Assembly: GCA_965204375.1 (NCBI GenBank)
Contig: OZ241986.1
Location: 5,664,001-5,728,000, forward strand
Origin: Candidatus Latescibacterota bacterium
GTDB lineage: Bacteria; Latescibacterota; UBA2968
Length of the DNA: 64,000 nucleotides
Reading direction: 5' to 3'
Numbering within the stretch: position 1 is the stretch's first letter; every line of letters begins with the position of its first letter. The position numbers and the translations under genes are program-made. Below, piece after piece: positions 49,496 through 58,539 of this stretch. The notes below the pieces were generated by a model. The model was not told where the DNA came from. It searched no databases and saw only the letters and a list, made by a program, of their open reading frames with translations.

Positions 49496-50779
49496 ATGGC
49501 GTTCCCTATGTCAAAACCGAAAAAAGATAGACGACCTGTTGCTGGCGCGTTGATGGTGGGATTTGCGGCGAGTTTTTTGTTGTGTGGCTATGAGTTTGTG
49601 CGGAGTGTATCCACGTCGTTGTTTATTGGGGCGTATGGGGCGCACAATTTGCCTTTTGTCATGACGCTGGCTCCTGTGGGTACATTTGGTATGGTTTGGA
49701 TGTATGGGGTGTTGTTGTCGCGGTTTGGGTCGCGGCAGACTTTGTTTTTGACGTCGGTGCTTTCGGGTGGGGGTATTCTGGTGTGTTACGGGGGGATTTT
49801 ATCTGGTTTTCATCCGGCGGTCGGGGTGTTATATGTGCTGCGCGAAGCGTATATTGTGCTGATTATTGAGCAGTACTGGTCGTTTATCAATAGTGTTTTG
49901 CGAGATGATCAGGGGCGAAAGTACAATGGTCCGATCTGCGGTATTGCGTCGGTGGGAGCGATTTGTGGGGGTTTGATTGTAGGGCAAACGGCGAAGGTGA
50001 TAGGCAGTGAACATCTGCTGATTTTTGCAGGATTATCGCTTTTGCCAGCAGCAGTTCTGGCGTGGTGGGCGTATGGTTTGGGGGGTGTGCCGGTTCAGGA
50101 GCCGGAAAAGCGAGGCAAGCTGGCGTTGGGTTTGTTTCGGGATATTCCGACTTTGCGCTATCTCGCAGGATTGATTTTTGTGACGCAGATGGTGTCGGCG
50201 GTGCTGGATCTGCGGTTCAGTGGGCTGGTGGAGACGGCTCTTCCGATGCAGGACGAACGCACCGCGTATTTTGGGCATTTTTATGCGTTGTTGAATGCCT
50301 GTGCATTTGTGTTTCAGTTTGGCGTTGCACCCCTTTTGCTGCATTTTGTGTCGTTGCGAACCGCCCATCTCGGTATTCCGGTGATTCATCTGCTAACGTG
50401 TGGGGTGTTGTTGGCATATCCCACTCTCACTACTGGCGCACTGGCTTATCTGGTGTTTAAGACGCTGGATTATTCGGTGTTTCGGGCGGCAAAAGAGTTG
50501 CTCTATATTCCGCTTTCATTTGATGCGAGGTACCGAGCAAAAGAAGTGATTGATGCTTTTGGTTATCGCGCGTCAAAGGGGATGACTTCGGGGTTGATTG
50601 CACTGGCGGGGACTATTTCTTACAGGGTTTTCAATATTGGGCGGTTGCCGGGATCAGTATATCCGCTTGTCGCATTGGGCGCGCTGGGCGTATGGAGTTG
50701 GCTCGCGTGGGCAATTACAAGGTCGGAGGATGATAGGGGCCGGCGGCTACGGGTTTCAGAGGAAGTTGCCGATTTTTAG
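49496..50779 (+). CDS. TLC/NTT (Npt1/2-like) MFS transporter
   Basis: About 12 TM; LDYSVFRAAKELLYIPL, RYRAKEVID. Confidence 0.82.
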   Translation: MAFPMSKPKKDRRPVAGALMVGFAASFLLCGYEFVRSVSTSLFIGAYGAHNLPFVMTLAPVGTFGMVWMYGVLLSRFGSRQTLFLTSVLSGGGILVCYGGILSGFHPAVGVLYVLREAYIVLIIEQYWSFINSVLRDDQGRKYNGPICGIASVGAICGGLIVGQTAKVIGSEHLLIFAGLSLLPAAVLAWWAYGLGGVPVQEPEKRGKLALGLFRDIPTLRYLAGLIFVTQMVSAVLDLRFSGLVETALPMQDERTAYFGHFYALLNACAFVFQFGVAPLLLHFVSLRTAHLGIPVIHLLTCGVLLAYPTLTTGALAYLVFKTLDYSVFRAAKELLYIPLSFDARYRAKEVIDAFGYRASKGMTSGLIALAGTISYRVFNIGRLPGSVYPLVALGALGVWSWLAWAITRSEDDRGRRLRVSEEVADF

Positions 50780-50787
50780 ATGAGTGC

Positions 50788-50816
50788 TTGACACAATATA
50801 CCAAAACCTCTATTTT
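50788..50816 (+). promoter_or_regulatory. sigma70 promoter of the ileS leader
   Basis: TTGACA-N17-TATTTT. Confidence 0.6.
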
Positions 50817-50846
50817 TAACCGCGCTGATAGGAAAAGGATGAAAAT

Positions 50847-50984
50847 ATGAATACAACCCGTCAAACATCCCCACAACTGAGAAAGGGTCCTGCCCAGGTG
50901 ACAGGTTATCTGACACCGGGCAGTGCCATTGGGGTTATACGTATATATGCCGCGAAGACGCTTGTGGGGTGTTGTTTGTCGTAA
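50847..50984 (+). CDS. Putative ileS leader peptide (45 aa)
   Basis: AAGGA RBS; ...AIGVIRIY... with Ile codons ATT, ATA, ATA at 50928-50945. Confidence 0.6.
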   Translation: MNTTRQTSPQLRKGPAQVTGYLTPGSAIGVIRIYAAKTLVGCCLS

Positions 50985-51007
50985 GCTATATACTTTTTGT
51001 GTGACAC

Positions 51008-51040
51008 ACCGCCAGGGCGTTTGCCGTGGCGGTTTTTTTT
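51008..51040 (+). terminator. Attenuator terminator upstream of ileS
   Basis: ACCGCCAGGGC-GTTT-GCCGTGGCGGT followed by a T-run. Confidence 0.8.
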
Positions 51041-51139
51041 GCAGTAATTTGGGGCGGCATTTAACCTGATGGGTGGTGGGGTTGATGTATCCTGATCATC
51101 CTTTCATCCTGCCCATCCTGATTCTGATAGGAGTTTTTA

Positions 51140-54100
51140 ATGTTTGAGAAAGTAGATACAAATGTGAATTTTCCCAAAGAGGAAGAAAAGGTGCTCGCTT
51201 TTTGGGATGAGATCAGAGCGTTTGAAAAATCGCTCGAGATCAGAAAGAATAACGACGAATACGTTTTTTACGATGGGCCGCCTTTTGCGACGGGTTTGCC
51301 GCACTATGGACACTTGCTGGCTGGGACGATTAAAGATGTGATCCCGCGCTATCAAACTATGAACGGCAAATACGTAGATCGCGTCTTTGGATGGGACTGT
51401 CACGGCTTGCCCGTAGAATACGAACTCAGCCAAGAACTGGGCTTGAATAGCAAAAGTGAGATTGAGGAATACGGGATTGCGGAATACAACGAGGCATGCC
51501 GGGATATTGTTTTGCGTTATACTGCCGAGTGGCGACAATTTGTCAAGCGCATTGGGCGCTGGGTGGATTTTGAAAATGGGTATCGCACGATGGACCGCGA
51601 TTACATGGAGTCCATCTGGTGGGTGTTCAAACAACTCTGGGACAAAGGCTTGATTTACGAGGGGCACAAAATTTTGCCTTATTGTCCCCGGGATGCAACA
51701 CCTTTGTCCAATTTTGAAGCCAATCAGGGTTATGAGTCTGTGCAGGATCCGGCTATTACCGTTGCTTTCAAGCTTAAAGATGAACCGGATACGTATCTTC
51801 TGGCGTGGACGACAACGCCCTGGACATTGCCGTCAAATCTGGCAATGACTGTGCATGAAGATGTGGATTATGTGTATGTCAAAGATGAGGATGTGACGTA
51901 CGTTCTCGCTGAGGCGCGTGTGGATACCTATTATCCCTCGGGCAGGCCCGAGATCGTCAAGACCGTAAAGGGGAAGGAACTTCTCGGTCTGCAATACGAA
52001 CCGCTTTTTCCCTATTTTGAAGATTTGCGTGCGGAAGGGGCGTTTCGCATTATTACAGCCGAGTTTGTGACTACTGCAGAAGGGACGGGTATTGTCCACA
52101 CGGCACCTGGATTTGGCGAAGACGATGCCGAAGCCGGTCGCGTTCACGGTGTTCCGGCTGTTTGTCCGATTGATGCCGAATGCCGTTTTACGTCTGAGGT
52201 ACGTGATTATGAAGGGCGTTTTGTCAAGGACTGTGATAGCGATATTGTGAATCGGTTAAAGGAAGAGGGTAAACTCGTACATCAATCCACACATCACCAC
52301 AGTTATCCCCACTGCTGGCGGTGTGAGGCGCCCCTTATTTACAGGGCGATTTCGACGTGGTTTGTCAATATTGAGAAGATTAAAGACAATATGCTCCGTG
52401 CAAACGCGCAGATCCACTGGGTGCCCGAACACATCAAAGCAGGGCGTTTTGGCAATTGGCTGGAAAATGCGCGGGATTGGGCGATTTCCCGCAATCGCTA
52501 TTGGGGTTGCCCGCTTCCCCTGTGGCGAAATGAAGAGACGGGTGAGACTGTGTGTGTTGGCTCTATCGGCGAACTCGAAGATCGCACGGGGGGAAAGTTT
52601 GACGATATCCACAAGCATTTTATGGATCCGGTTATTATTGAGGGTGAAACGGGGCCATTGACCCGCGTGCCCGAGGTGCTCGATTGCTGGTTTGAGAGCG
52701 GTTCTATGCCTTATGCACAACGCCATTATCCGTTTGAAAACAAGGAGTGGCTGGACGCGCATTTTCCGGCGGATTTTATTGCCGAGGGATTGGATCAGAC
52801 ACGGGGCTGGTTTTACACGCTTGTGGTGCTCGGTGCTGCTCTTTTTGACCGTCCGCCGTTCGAGAATGTCGTGGTCAATGGTATGATCCTGGCGGAAGAT
52901 GGGCGCAAAATGTCCAAGCGGTTGAAGAATTATCCCGATCCGATGCATATTATGGATACTTATGGTGCCGACGCGCTGCGTCTCAATATGTTGTCTTCTC
53001 CTGTGGTGCGCGGGGAAGATCTCGCGTTTTCGGAACAGGGGGTTCAAAAGACGATGCGCAGTGTGCTGCTGCCCTTGTGGAATGCGTATAGTTTTCTGGT
53101 GACTTATGCGAGGGTTGATAACTGGCAGCCCACGTCGAATCGGTCAGATCATCCGCTTGACCGCTGGATTCGCGCGCGTTTAAATCATCTGGTGCGCGAT
53201 ATTCGACAGGGTCTGGATCGCTGTCATTTGCAAACAGCAGCTACGCGATTTGCAACATTTATCGACGATATGACCAATTGGTATATCCGACGCAGCCGGC
53301 GGCGGTTCTGGAAGAGCGATAATGATAGCGATAAATTGTCTGCCTATGCGACGCTCTACCATGTGCTCTTGACGCTGGTCAAAGCGCTGGCGCCTTTTGC
53401 GCCGTTTATTACGGAGACTATCTACCGGAATTTGCGCGCGAGCGATATGCCGGAGTCCGTTCATTTGTGCGATTATCCCGATGTGATCGAAGCCGATCTC
53501 GATGAGAAACTCGAGCAGCAGATGGCGCACACGCGGACAGCGGTCGGGTTGGGCAGGTTCTTGCGCAGTCAGGCCAATGTCAGGACCCGACATCCTTTGC
53601 GTGCGGTGATTATCGTGTCTATGCAGGAGGATGTGCGCGAAGACCTCAGGGCGTTACAGGATATTGTCGCGGATGAGTTAAATGTGAAAGAGGTGGATAT
53701 TCGCGACGATGAAGAGGCAGTGGTGACGCTTTCTGCAAAAGCCAATTTCAGAGTGCTGGGGCCGCGTTTGGGCAAAAATATGAAGGTGGCTGCGGAGAAG
53801 ATTGCGGGTCTCGACTTTGAGGAAATCCAATCTCTGCGCGAAGGTCACGCGCTGACGTTGGATCTGGATGGTGCGGAGCCTTTAGAAATCACGGTGGATG
53901 ATATTTTGATCCAGCGAGAAGAGAAAGAAGATATGCCTGTGGCCAATGAAGGCGATATTACGGTGGCGCTGGATTTATATAGGGATGAAAATTTAGTACA
54001 CGAAGGTCTGGCGCGTGAGATTGTCCATGTGATTCAAAATATCCGCAAGGAGAAGGGGATGGATGTGTCAGATCGGATTGTGGTGACGTATATGGATAAT

Positions 54101-54253
54101 GGCAATTCTCTGGCACCTGCTTTCGATCAGTTTCGGGACTATATCATGGGTGAGACGCTCTGTACGACATTGGTTCGCGCAGATGAGGTAGATGGCGATG
54201 CGGTTGATATAGAGGGTCACACGGTGATGTTTGAGATTAAAGTTGAGGGATAA
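51140..54253 (+). CDS. ileS: Isoleucyl-tRNA synthetase (type 2, archaeal/eukaryote-like)
   Basis: DGPPFATGLPHYGH, GWDCHGLP, WTTTPWTLP, KMSKR. Confidence 0.97.
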   Translation: MFEKVDTNVNFPKEEEKVLAFWDEIRAFEKSLEIRKNNDEYVFYDGPPFATGLPHYGHLLAGTIKDVIPRYQTMNGKYVDRVFGWDCHGLPVEYELSQELGLNSKSEIEEYGIAEYNEACRDIVLRYTAEWRQFVKRIGRWVDFENGYRTMDRDYMESIWWVFKQLWDKGLIYEGHKILPYCPRDATPLSNFEANQGYESVQDPAITVAFKLKDEPDTYLLAWTTTPWTLPSNLAMTVHEDVDYVYVKDEDVTYVLAEARVDTYYPSGRPEIVKTVKGKELLGLQYEPLFPYFEDLRAEGAFRIITAEFVTTAEGTGIVHTAPGFGEDDAEAGRVHGVPAVCPIDAECRFTSEVRDYEGRFVKDCDSDIVNRLKEEGKLVHQSTHHHSYPHCWRCEAPLIYRAISTWFVNIEKIKDNMLRANAQIHWVPEHIKAGRFGNWLENARDWAISRNRYWGCPLPLWRNEETGETVCVGSIGELEDRTGGKFDDIHKHFMDPVIIEGETGPLTRVPEVLDCWFESGSMPYAQRHYPFENKEWLDAHFPADFIAEGLDQTRGWFYTLVVLGAALFDRPPFENVVVNGMILAEDGRKMSKRLKNYPDPMHIMDTYGADALRLNMLSSPVVRGEDLAFSEQGVQKTMRSVLLPLWNAYSFLVTYARVDNWQPTSNRSDHPLDRWIRARLNHLVRDIRQGLDRCHLQTAATRFATFIDDMTNWYIRRSRRRFWKSDNDSDKLSAYATLYHVLLTLVKALAPFAPFITETIYRNLRASDMPESVHLCDYPDVIEADLDEKLEQQMAHTRTAVGLGRFLRSQANVRTRHPLRAVIIVSMQEDVREDLRALQDIVADELNVKEVDIRDDEEAVVTLSAKANFRVLGPRLGKNMKVAAEKIAGLDFEEIQSLREGHALTLDLDGAEPLEITVDDILIQREEKEDMPVANEGDITVALDLYRDENLVHEGLAREIVHVIQNIRKEKGMDVSDRIVVTYMDNGNSLAPAFDQFRDYIMGETLCTTLVRADEVDGDAVDIEGHTVMFEIKVEG

Positions 54254-54300
54254 AAAAAGAGCGTCGGGAAAGGGATTGTTTATCCCCATTTCTGACGCTT
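54254..54300. terminator. Hairpin between convergent genes (probable terminator)
   Basis: A-run + AGCGTCGG...CTGACGCT. Confidence 0.6.
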
Positions 54301-54320
54301 GGTTGAAGATTTGAAGTACT

Positions 54321-54563
54321 TCATTTCCTGCTCTTGTACAAACCAAAAATTCCCACCGCGATCAATACGCCCGCTGTTGGTCCCGCTATGTCCAGACCCA
54401 ACCAGAATCCTTCTTTCCATTCGACGCTTTCAGTGCCAAACATTTCATCTACTACCACTATCTGCTGTTTGTTCTTGGTAAAGATCTGCGTTCCATCCAT
54501 CATCCACTTTGCGCCCACACCTATCACGAGCACAAATGCGATCACGCTGATGATTTTCCACAT
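54321..54563 (-). CDS. Small two-TM membrane protein
   Basis: 80 aa, RBS GAGG. Confidence 0.75.
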   Translation of the reverse strand: MWKIISVIAFVLVIGVGAKWMMDGTQIFTKNKQQIVVVDEMFGTESVEWKEGFWLGLDIAGPTAGVLIAVGIFGLYKSRK

Positions 54564-54671
54564 GGTTTACCTCGGGGCTATCCGTTGTTTTGGAAATGCC
54601 CTTGTCTATTTGTAGTCAATACGATAAATTACCATAGGAATTTTTAAAAATATCTCAAATGGAGACCTATC

Positions 54672-55082
54672 ATGCAGATATTTATTAGCCATTCGCATAA
54701 TGATGAAATGTTTGCCAGAAAAGTTGCATCTTTTCTTGAAGATCAGGGTCTGGATGTTTGGGAAGCAAGTAACGAAATTTTTCCCGGAGACAATTGGGCA
54801 GCTAAAATCTCTCAAGGATTACAAGAATCTAATGCGATGGTTGTATTGCTGACTCCTGACGCCTTAAAATCCATCTGGGTGCAACGCGATGTAGAATACG
54901 CTCTCGGTGCACAAGAATATAGTGAACGTCTTATCCCTGTTCTTGTTGATCCAGATAAAACCATTGCAGAAGATGATATACCCTGGATTCTAAAGCGTTT
55001 AAATATCATTGATTTGACTGAATATGAAACAGAAGAAGATGGGATTCGCAGAATTGCCGATACCCTTCTGACAGCTTCCTGA
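54672..55082 (+). CDS. Stand-alone TIR domain protein
   Basis: IFISHS, GLDVW, IFPGDNW, SIWVQRD, LIPV. Confidence 0.88.
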   Translation: MQIFISHSHNDEMFARKVASFLEDQGLDVWEASNEIFPGDNWAAKISQGLQESNAMVVLLTPDALKSIWVQRDVEYALGAQEYSERLIPVLVDPDKTIAEDDIPWILKRLNIIDLTEYETEEDGIRRIADTLLTAS

Positions 55083-55179
55083 TTTCTCCTCCAAAGTACT
55101 GCCCTTCTATGCTACCTGAAGAAGTCTTTCTCTCTCACCCCTCACTTTTCATACCTCCCATCGCTGACTGCTGACCGCC

Positions 55180-56322
55180 TTAATAGAACACATGCAATTG
55201 AAACGCATAGCGCGATGAGCGAAAGGTTTCTGTGTCGAGGATGCGATATTCAGGGCGCAGTTCAATTTGCGGTGTTAGAAAAATTTGCATGCCAAATACA
55301 GCCTGCCGTGTTATCAAATCAATAGCGCGTGCTGATGCGCGGATATGCGTTACTTCGCCGGTTTCCCCCCGTGCGAACAAGAGCAGTCCAGGTATTGCTT
55401 GAAGCGTGATATCAAGCGAAGCGGTTTTTGCCTCGCGCATACCTTCCTTATCGGATAGGACATATTCGGCCATGAGAGCAATTTTGTCCTGCAATCCGAC
55501 GCCCGCAAAGAGGTTGGTCATCAAAAAATCGCCGTTTTTGAGCCACGACCCTCCCAGATAAAAGTTCATTCTTTGTTCGACCAATTTGGGCCACAATACG
55601 ATACGCCCCAGGAATGAGGGTTTATCGCGGTTTTCGATCAAGGAGGCGTCTTGTACGGTGTTTTCAGAGAGTGCGCGGGCAGAATAAATGCCTGCGGTTA
55701 GCGATAGCCACAGTTTTTTGTAATAGTGTACTTCTGCGCCGTATTCTGCGTAATTGGGCGCGATTAGCGATGTGGCTCCGATAACGTCGGGCGTTTGGCG
55801 TACGAGCATGGTGTGGTCGTCATACCGCATGCCAATGGTTGGCTGAAAATGCCCTATGCGCAGTGCGGGCCAGTTGTAATTGGGTTGATATATTGCCGAT
55901 GCTGTCCACGCGCGCTGTCCCGCGTATTTTTCGGGTCCAAAATTATAAGAGCCTTCGATTTTCAGGGCATTTGAGGGGCGGACAACACTGTATAGTGCGA
56001 CTTGCATTGGGAATACTTTGCGCTCGGCTTCTGGCGATGTATGTGATCGCGCCATTTGTCCTCGGATATCCGCACCCATCAGGATCAAGCCATCGGCATA
56101 AGCGGTTTTGCCCGGTAAGACGTAATTGGGTGCGAGCAATCCCACGCCGTCCATTGAGTACTGCCCCAATTCGTCTCGCTGCGCCCCGCCCTGCGCGGTG
56201 ATGTGACAGTTCACACACCGGTTGGCCGTGAGCAATGCAAACTGCGAGAGGGCATCCGCCTGCCCGATCCATCCCAGCAGGATTAATAACCCCAATAATC
56301 TAAAATACGCAGTATTGGTCAT
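55180..56322 (-). CDS. Monoheme cytochrome-porin fusion (Cyc2-like architecture)
   Basis: Signal peptide, then QFALLTANRCVNCH; beta-barrel ending FQLHVFY. Confidence 0.7.
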   Translation of the reverse strand: MTNTAYFRLLGLLILLGWIGQADALSQFALLTANRCVNCHITAQGGAQRDELGQYSMDGVGLLAPNYVLPGKTAYADGLILMGADIRGQMARSHTSPEAERKVFPMQVALYSVVRPSNALKIEGSYNFGPEKYAGQRAWTASAIYQPNYNWPALRIGHFQPTIGMRYDDHTMLVRQTPDVIGATSLIAPNYAEYGAEVHYYKKLWLSLTAGIYSARALSENTVQDASLIENRDKPSFLGRIVLWPKLVEQRMNFYLGGSWLKNGDFLMTNLFAGVGLQDKIALMAEYVLSDKEGMREAKTASLDITLQAIPGLLLFARGETGEVTHIRASARAIDLITRQAVFGMQIFLTPQIELRPEYRILDTETFRSSRYAFQLHVFY

Positions 56323-56407
56323 GTTATGCCTTTATCCTTTCTGGAGAAGCACAACGCTTTTCAGTTGCGGGCGTCCTGTCTGTTGGTGGCATTCAGGATG
56401 CCTTTTT

Positions 56408-56650
56408 TTATTCGAGTTTGACCAAAATCAGCGTTCCGAGTGTGATCAATGTGGTCAACTGTGTGCTGATAAGGATACCAATAAGCCAACGAAAATCTGT
56501 TCTGGCTTCCCTTCTGGTTTCACTAAATCCTTGCTCAACGCTCTGCGCGAGGCTTGTCAAGCGCGTTGCGATTTGCTCAACAATACCTTCAATGCGAGAC
56601 AAGCGGGCGTCAAATTCTGCCAACTTGTCTTGCGGTGTCGGAACTTGCAT
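56408..56650 (-). CDS. Small coiled-coil protein with C-terminal TM (DUF1640-like)
   Basis: RLSRIEG...DFRWLIGI. Confidence 0.7.
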   Translation of the reverse strand: MQVPTPQDKLAEFDARLSRIEGIVEQIATRLTSLAQSVEQGFSETRREARTDFRWLIGILISTQLTTLITLGTLILVKLE

Positions 56651-56823
56651 TGTGCTTACTCCCTGTGAGAGGTTGTGGTTTCGGTGGTATGGCTACCAGT
56701 GTGCGGGCGTGTTCCCGATATCAGGTTGGTCTGTGCGCCGGTCTGGCTATTCGGCTGTTTCTCATGGTCGGTGGTTATTGTCTTTGATTCAACGTGTGCC
56801 ACCCGATAGCCCGCACTGTAAAG

Positions 56824-57057
56824 TCAAAGATCGCGCTCTATAGTTGGGGCATTCGCCATTGCTCCTTTTTTAAGTTTTGATCTGATCTTTTCAAAGCGTT
56901 TTACGACATCCGGCGTGTAAAAGCGTTCGCCACAGCGAAGACAAACTTCGGCTTGAGCTTTTACGATTTCTGTAAGATTCCCACCTCGCAAAATTTTCTC
57001 GACTTCTTTTTCAACAATCTCGCCACCACATAACGGACATTTATCAAGCGGCGTCAC
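56824..57057 (-). CDS. YgiT-type zinc-finger (MqsA-like antitoxin) protein
   Basis: CPLCGG...VCLRCGERFY. Confidence 0.82.
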   Translation of the reverse strand: MTPLDKCPLCGGEIVEKEVEKILRGGNLTEIVKAQAEVCLRCGERFYTPDVVKRFEKIRSKLKKGAMANAPTIERDL

Positions 57058-57150
57058 GATTCGGTTCTCCTTTCACGCCCATTGATCCGACGTGATGGGT
57101 CTGGGTGACATAAAAAGTAATCAAATCGCTCGTTGATTCCCCACGATTAC
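57055..57150 (-). pseudogene. DUF4258-like toxin 3' remnant
   Basis: Frameshifted LITFY..PDPSRRINGRERR immediately before the YgiT gene. Confidence 0.5.
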
Positions 57151-57151
57151 A

Positions 57152-57187
57152 TCAATACTCAATGATTGCCGCAATTGCACTGGCAAT
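57152..57187 (-). pseudogene. Possible PemK/MazF toxin C-terminal remnant
   Basis: IASAIAAIIEY* directly after the antitoxin-like ORF. Confidence 0.4.
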
Positions 57188-57325
57188 TCAATCAAAATCT
57201 CCTGCTTGCCATTCAGTTCGTTCAGACCTTGTCTGTTCGTAGTGACTCTTCATCTGTTTGGCTTGTTGCTCTAAAATTCGGCGACGTTCATCAATGGAGA
57301 GGCTTGCAAAATTCTCTTGAGACAT
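57188..57325 (-). CDS. Small antitoxin-like protein
   Basis: LSIDERRRILEQQAKQMKSHY...EWQAGDF. Confidence 0.55.
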   Translation of the reverse strand: MSQENFASLSIDERRRILEQQAKQMKSHYEQTRSERTEWQAGDFD

Positions 57326-57444
57326 CGTGTCCTCATCTTTGTCAACGAGGTTTTGCAAAAAATGAATGGGGCACCGTCCCTGCATTTGCTTTAGCCTTTT
57401 CATCTGTGTCCTTCTGCGTTCATCTGTGGATGTTTTTAGCTTTA

Positions 57445-58023
57445 TCATTCTCCGCCAAAAGTCTGCCCTTCTCTGGGGGGATTGCCGCCGAAGGTCACTG
57501 GTAGGCCGGTCAGGTCGGCCAGAAAGATCTGCAGGCGGATGATGTGTACATTGCCCGCTCCCATGCGCATATTCAGGCCATCTAAAACTTCGGGGGTTAT
57601 AAAATCGATATTTTGCAAAAGAAAAGTGGCCCCATCGAGATAATCTGCGAAAGCAGCTTCAAATTCCTCGGTGTGCAGCCTGAGTAGATACGGATTTGCG
57701 GGACGCATGTCGTGTAAGGTAGATTGAATGGCGTGAATCCGCCCGATCATGGTGTTTAAAAATTGCCGCGACCAATAGACTGGGATCAGGTCATTCGTGA
57801 CCTCGACGGTTACGCCGCGGTATTCCCAAAAAAAGACGTCAATAGATGTAAACGCCTGATTGATGTCGGCGACATAGGCATCGGCCTCATCCACGGTGAC
57901 GTGGTCGTACGTATTTTCAGCAGGTGGTTCGGGCGCGGGTGTCACGGGATTGGATGAACCACATCCCGTGTACAACGCAAGCAGTGCAAAACACAAAAGC
58001 CATCGTTTCATCAAATGCCTCAT
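57445..58023 (-). CDS. Hypothetical lipoprotein
   Basis: Lipobox YTGC, Pro-rich linker, helical body. Confidence 0.78.
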   Translation of the reverse strand: MRHLMKRWLLCFALLALYTGCGSSNPVTPAPEPPAENTYDHVTVDEADAYVADINQAFTSIDVFFWEYRGVTVEVTNDLIPVYWSRQFLNTMIGRIHAIQSTLHDMRPANPYLLRLHTEEFEAAFADYLDGATFLLQNIDFITPEVLDGLNMRMGAGNVHIIRLQIFLADLTGLPVTFGGNPPREGQTFGGE

Positions 58024-58535
58024 TTATTTTGTCCCATATAAAGCAGACGCCGTTTCTGATATCTTCTGGTATTGTTCAACAAGCGCGCGATTTCGTCATC
58101 TGATAATGTGCGACGCGGTTTGGCGGGCACACCGGCGACGAGTGTGCGCGGCTCGACCTCTGCCCCTTCCAATATCAGCGCGTGGGCAGCCACCAGCGCG
58201 GATTCACCCACTGCTGAGCCAGTCAATACGGTTGCCCCCATCCCGATGGTTACGTCCTGTTCTATTCGACAACCATGCAAGATCGCATTGTGTCCCACGG
58301 TTACATTTTTGCCGACATTACAGGGGTAGCCCGGGTCGGTATGCACGACAGTGCCGTCCTGGATATTCGAGCCTTCACCGATTACAATGGGTTCAACATC
58401 GCCCCGAATCACAGCATTGAACCAGATACTCGCGCGAGCACTGATTACCACATCGCCAATCACTACGGTACCGGGTGCGATATAAGCCGACGGGTCGATG
58501 TGAGGCGTTTTGTCCTTATAGGGCAAAATTGTCAT
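58020..58535 (-). CDS. Gamma carbonic anhydrase family (hexapeptide repeat) protein
   Basis: RGD, SNIQD..VH, VGH..ILHGC, GVPAK. Confidence 0.93.
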   Translation of the reverse strand: MTILPYKDKTPHIDPSAYIAPGTVVIGDVVISARASIWFNAVIRGDVEPIVIGEGSNIQDGTVVHTDPGYPCNVGKNVTVGHNAILHGCRIEQDVTIGMGATVLTGSAVGESALVAAHALILEGAEVEPRTLVAGVPAKPRRTLSDDEIARLLNNTRRYQKRRLLYMGQNK

Positions 58536-58539
58536 TGGG

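Noticed and set aside
50820-51040. T-box riboswitch
   Set aside because: No recognisable T-box (UGGNACC) bulge or stem I motifs; the leader-peptide model fits better
57188-57190. In-frame TGA followed by 11 sense codons as read-through
   Set aside because: No redox motif or SECIS-like hairpin; a deletion junction is more plausible
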